A DNA stretch of 32,000 bases from Candidatus Harpocratesius repetitus (GTDB lineage: Archaea; Asgardarchaeota; Lokiarchaeia; Sigyniarchaeales; Promethearchaeaceae), in the NCBI GenBank assembly GCA_021498095.1, contig JAIZWK010000001.1, positions 1,440,001 through 1,472,000 on the forward strand, in the 5' to 3' direction. Below the pieces are notes generated by a model that saw only the letters and a program-made list of their open reading frames with translations, ran no database searches and was not told the DNA's origin. The position numbers and the translations under genes were made by a program. Positions 29,508-32,000 of the stretch are shown here, one piece after another (position 1 is the first letter of the stretch; every line of letters starts with the position of its first letter).

Positions 29508-30377
29508 ATGGATGCCATGGATCAATTGATGGAACTGGAAAGAAATAGTGCTTTTGCGAATAAGTTAAATGATGTTAGATCATTTTTAAATAATAAAAAA
29601 GTCATAATTGCATTTTCTGGTGGTAAAGATAGTGCTTTATTAACCTATCTTGCTTCAAAATATGCAGAAAAAGTTCTAGCTGTTTTTATTCATTCAGAAT
29701 TATCACCAAGTATAGAAATATTTCAAGCAAAATCGTTTTGTGAATATTATAATATTCCCTTTCGCTCCATTTCAATTCCATTATTAGGAATTCAAATGAT
29801 TCAAAAAAACAATTCTAACCGATGTTATTACTGTAAACAGCTTTCATTAAATAACTTAGAAGAACTTGCAGAAGATATGGGTTATAATTTAGTAGTTGAT
29901 GGAACTAATTATTCTGATTTAAATTTAGATAGACCCGGCCTTCAAGCATTGAAAGAAAGTCGTGTAGAATCTCCTTTCGCATTAGCATCAATATCAAAAC
30001 AAGATATTATCGAAATAAGTCGTTTGCTAAATCTGATTTCACAGCACTATACTTCTCAAGCTTGCTTAGCTTCTCGAATTCCTTTTAATCTTCCTATTAC
30101 GCCAGAATTATTACAGAGTATAGATAAAAGTGAAGCATTCATCCGCTCCTTACTTCCTAATAAGCATTCATCTTTACGTGTTCGAATTCAGCAATTGTTA
30201 CCCACCAAACAACTACTCGCTCGAATCGAAGTGGGCTCAGATTTTTACAAACTTCTTTCAAACGCTGATACCCGCGCAAAAATTGTAAATAAACTGCGTG
30301 AATATGGGTTTACTTATGTTACATTGGATTTAGAGGGATTTCATAGTGGTTCAATGCACAAAATGCTAGATGTTTGA
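29508..30377 (+). CDS. larE: ATP-dependent sulfur transferase LarE (PP-loop)
   Basis: FSGGKDS, RCYYCK, DGTNYSD..DRPG, ACLASRIP and YVTLDLEGFHSGSM motifs. Confidence 0.92.
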   Translation: MDAMDQLMELERNSAFANKLNDVRSFLNNKKVIIAFSGGKDSALLTYLASKYAEKVLAVFIHSELSPSIEIFQAKSFCEYYNIPFRSISIPLLGIQMIQKNNSNRCYYCKQLSLNNLEELAEDMGYNLVVDGTNYSDLNLDRPGLQALKESRVESPFALASISKQDIIEISRLLNLISQHYTSQACLASRIPFNLPITPELLQSIDKSEAFIRSLLPNKHSSLRVRIQQLLPTKQLLARIEVGSDFYKLLSNADTRAKIVNKLREYGFTYVTLDLEGFHSGSMHKMLDV

Positions 30378-30423
30378 AATCTGATTTCTAATATCTCTTG
30401 TGAAATATTTTAATAAAATTATG

Positions 30424-30439
30424 GGAAAAAAAGGAAAAT
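30424..30439 (-). terminator. U-rich archaeal terminator after the SECIS-like hairpin
   Basis: AUUUUCCUUUUUUUCC run on the minus strand. Confidence 0.4.
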
Positions 30440-30455
30440 CCCCTCATACAGAGGC

Positions 30456-30491
30456 GTCAGATTTTCTCCAAGGTTTATAGAAAATCATCAT
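30456..30491 (-). ncRNA. candidate SECIS element (eukaryote/Loki-type kink-turn core) in a 3' UTR
   Basis: The minus strand reads A-UGAU GAUUUUCU AUAAACCUUGG AGAAAAUC UGAC. This gives tandem G.A core pairs, a perfect 8-bp helix and AAA in the apical loop, starting 17 nt after the stop of a TGA-containing ORF. Confidence 0.72.
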
Positions 30492-30507
30492 TCAACGGAT
30501 TTTTTGT

Positions 30508-30807
30508 TTATGCTTCGACCAGCACTAAGCGTTTAAATGCTGCCCAGCCTGCAATGTCTATTTTTGCTTGAGTCCATAGATGTGCTAAGCGTTTATCCAA
30601 ATAAATCGGATACTTAAATTTCTCTACTTTTTTTATTTCAAACGCATTTTTATCTTGAACCATTTCTTCACTGGCTGGTGCTACAACATTAACCACTTCT
30701 GTGCCACATCAACCGCGGTAAATTCGTTGAAACACAACCAAAATTGGTTTCTCGAATTCTTTTGCTTGTTCTTCCATGTATGCGGAAGCCTCAGAGCTAA
30801 TATGCAT
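30508..30807 (-). CDS. candidate selenoprotein, HesB/IscA-like small protein with G-U-C-G motif (99 aa)
   Basis: ATG 30807 MHISSEASAYMEEQAKEFEKPILVVFQRIYRG-TGA(30711-30709)-CGTEVVNVV...LVEA*. SD-like GAGTGA upstream and a SECIS-like hairpin downstream. Confidence 0.75.
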
Positions 30808-30923
30808 AAGTGATCATATCACTCAAATTAATGATACATTTTAAGGTTGTGCATTGTAATTGAACGTTCAAGCCGTAAAAAGAATTATAAAAAATAGGAT
30901 AGGAATGATGAGATTAAGATTTA

Positions 30924-31136
30924 TTATTTTTTATTATTCTTCGGATTTTGCGATATTTGGAGTGAGTAGATTAAGTATAATGAAATAGCTGAAGCTGAAA
31001 GTAGAACAAAAATACCAAAATTAAATCCAGCAATACTTTCTTCTTTTTCAAAATTATCTGAATTTGAATTATTAGAAGTATATTTTGAGTCTTTGATAAG
31101 TGAATGAATATTATAAATAAAAATAAAATACTTAAG
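30924..31136 (-). pseudogene. start-less C-terminal remnant of a membrane-anchored surface protein
   Basis: 70 codons: S/N-rich linker, SIAGFNFGIFVLLSASAISLYLIYSL TM segment and a basic tail (Loki-CTERM-like). No start codon. Confidence 0.5.
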
Positions 31137-31165
31137 TTAAAAAAGCTGTTTATTTAAAAAGAACA

Positions 31166-31405
31166 TCAGCAAAATTCTGTTGATAAATATCTTTCTCCAG
31201 TGTCTGGAAAGACTGTAACAATATTATATTTCTGTGTTTTATCGAAATTTGATAATTGCGTTTCCAAAATTTCAATAAATTTAAACACACATGCTAAAGC
31301 AGCTCCTGAAGAAATTCCAACAAAGATTCCCTCATTTTTTGCCAGATAACGTGCATATAAAAATGCTTCCTGGTCTGAAATAGTTAGAATATAATCGATT
31401 AATTC
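31166..31405 (-). pseudogene. cysK: C-terminal fragment of cysteine synthase (PLP fold II)
   Basis: ELIDYILTISDQEAFLYARYLAKNEGIFVGISSGAALA..IVTVFPDTGERYLST. Preceded by an in-frame TGA; the N-terminal PLP-lysine part is absent. Confidence 0.85.
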
Positions 31406-31648
31406 TCAGAAATTGGTTAATTATAAACTTCATGGCTTTAAACATTCCGAATTTGTGTTATTTTCTTACGCTTATATAAAGAAAGAAAATGTGTTGAAGT
31501 TATTATTTTTTAGAGACATTTTCTAAATCTAAATTTACTTTACTTATCAAATAAGTTATATATCTTTTATCTCAATAGAAATTTGAATGCTTTTTTCCAT
31601 TCTGGTAAAGAAAGAAAATAAAAAAAAAGGATATTAAAGTGAAAAAAA

Positions 31649-32000
31649 ATGCCTCAAATGATAGGAATTGAATTAAATAAAGAGTTTAATAATCAAATTG
31701 TTGAAGAATTACGTTCAGGATATATCTATTTGGCAATGAGTGCATGGGCTGAACAACGGGGAATGCATAATTTTGCTGCTTTTATGAAGACTCATGCTGA
31801 AAAAGAAGAATATAAACACGCAATGAAATTTGTAAAATTCATTCAAGATGCTGGTGGTAAAGTAGAATATGGTGCTATTGAAAAAGTACCTTCTGATTGG
31901 GCGGATTTAGAAACAGTTTTGAAAGAAGCAATCAAGCACGAGCAGCATATTACTGCAAGAATAAAGATCTTATGGGATTTAGCAAAAAAAGAGAGTGAAG
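31649..32000 (+). CDS. ftnA: non-heme ferritin (runs off the window end)
   Basis: NNQIVEELRSGYIYLAMSAW..AEKEEYKHAMKF..HEQHITARI ferroxidase pattern. Confidence 0.9.
   Translation, partial: MPQMIGIELNKEFNNQIVEELRSGYIYLAMSAWAEQRGMHNFAAFMKTHAEKEEYKHAMKFVKFIQDAGGKVEYGAIEKVPSDWADLETVLKEAIKHEQHITARIKILWDLAKKESE

Noticed and set aside
30508-30696. Track ORF of 62 aa starting at GTG as a stand-alone gene
   Set aside because: It has no SD or promoter of its own. The frame continues upstream through one TGA to an ATG with an SD-like sequence, so it is better read as the 3' part of 30807..30508.
30814-30825. Two further in-frame TGAs upstream of ATG 30807 as additional Sec codons
   Set aside because: There is no Cys/redox context, they coincide with the SD-like GAGTGA, and no plausible upstream start exists.
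1-32000. CRISPR array, tRNA or rRNA genes
   Set aside because: No regularly spaced repeats and no GC-rich structured RNA segments were seen by eye; no cas genes are present.

Overview
AT-rich window (roughly 30% GC by eye) of an anaerobic archaeon, most likely Asgard/Lokiarchaeia. That assignment is an inference from a longin-V4R protein, Loki-CTERM-like anchors, an LRR protein, a stand-alone 7TM protein and U-rich terminators. The window is dominated by a dispersed oxygen/ROS-defence and redox gene set: NAD(P)H:rubredoxin-type oxidoreductase, glutaredoxin, ferredoxin:thioredoxin reductase catalytic subunit, flavodiiron protein, superoxide reductase, rubrerythrin, rubredoxin and ferritin. It also holds an acyl-CoA dehydrogenase with a rubredoxin-like tail, OYE, nitroreductase, larE, an IS transposase and several decayed or 5'-truncated genes. 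The most notable signal is absent from the ORF track: a 99-codon minus-strand gene (30807..30508) with an in-frame TGA in a G-U-C-G motif. A eukaryote-type SECIS-like hairpin (AUGAU...AAA...UGAC) follows 17 nt after its stop, making it a candidate HesB/IscA-like selenoprotein. Other points are a beta-lactamase-fold membrane protein with all three catalytic motifs substituted, and a two-paralog 3TM + longin-V4R operon. Family calls come from motif recognition only; no searches were run.
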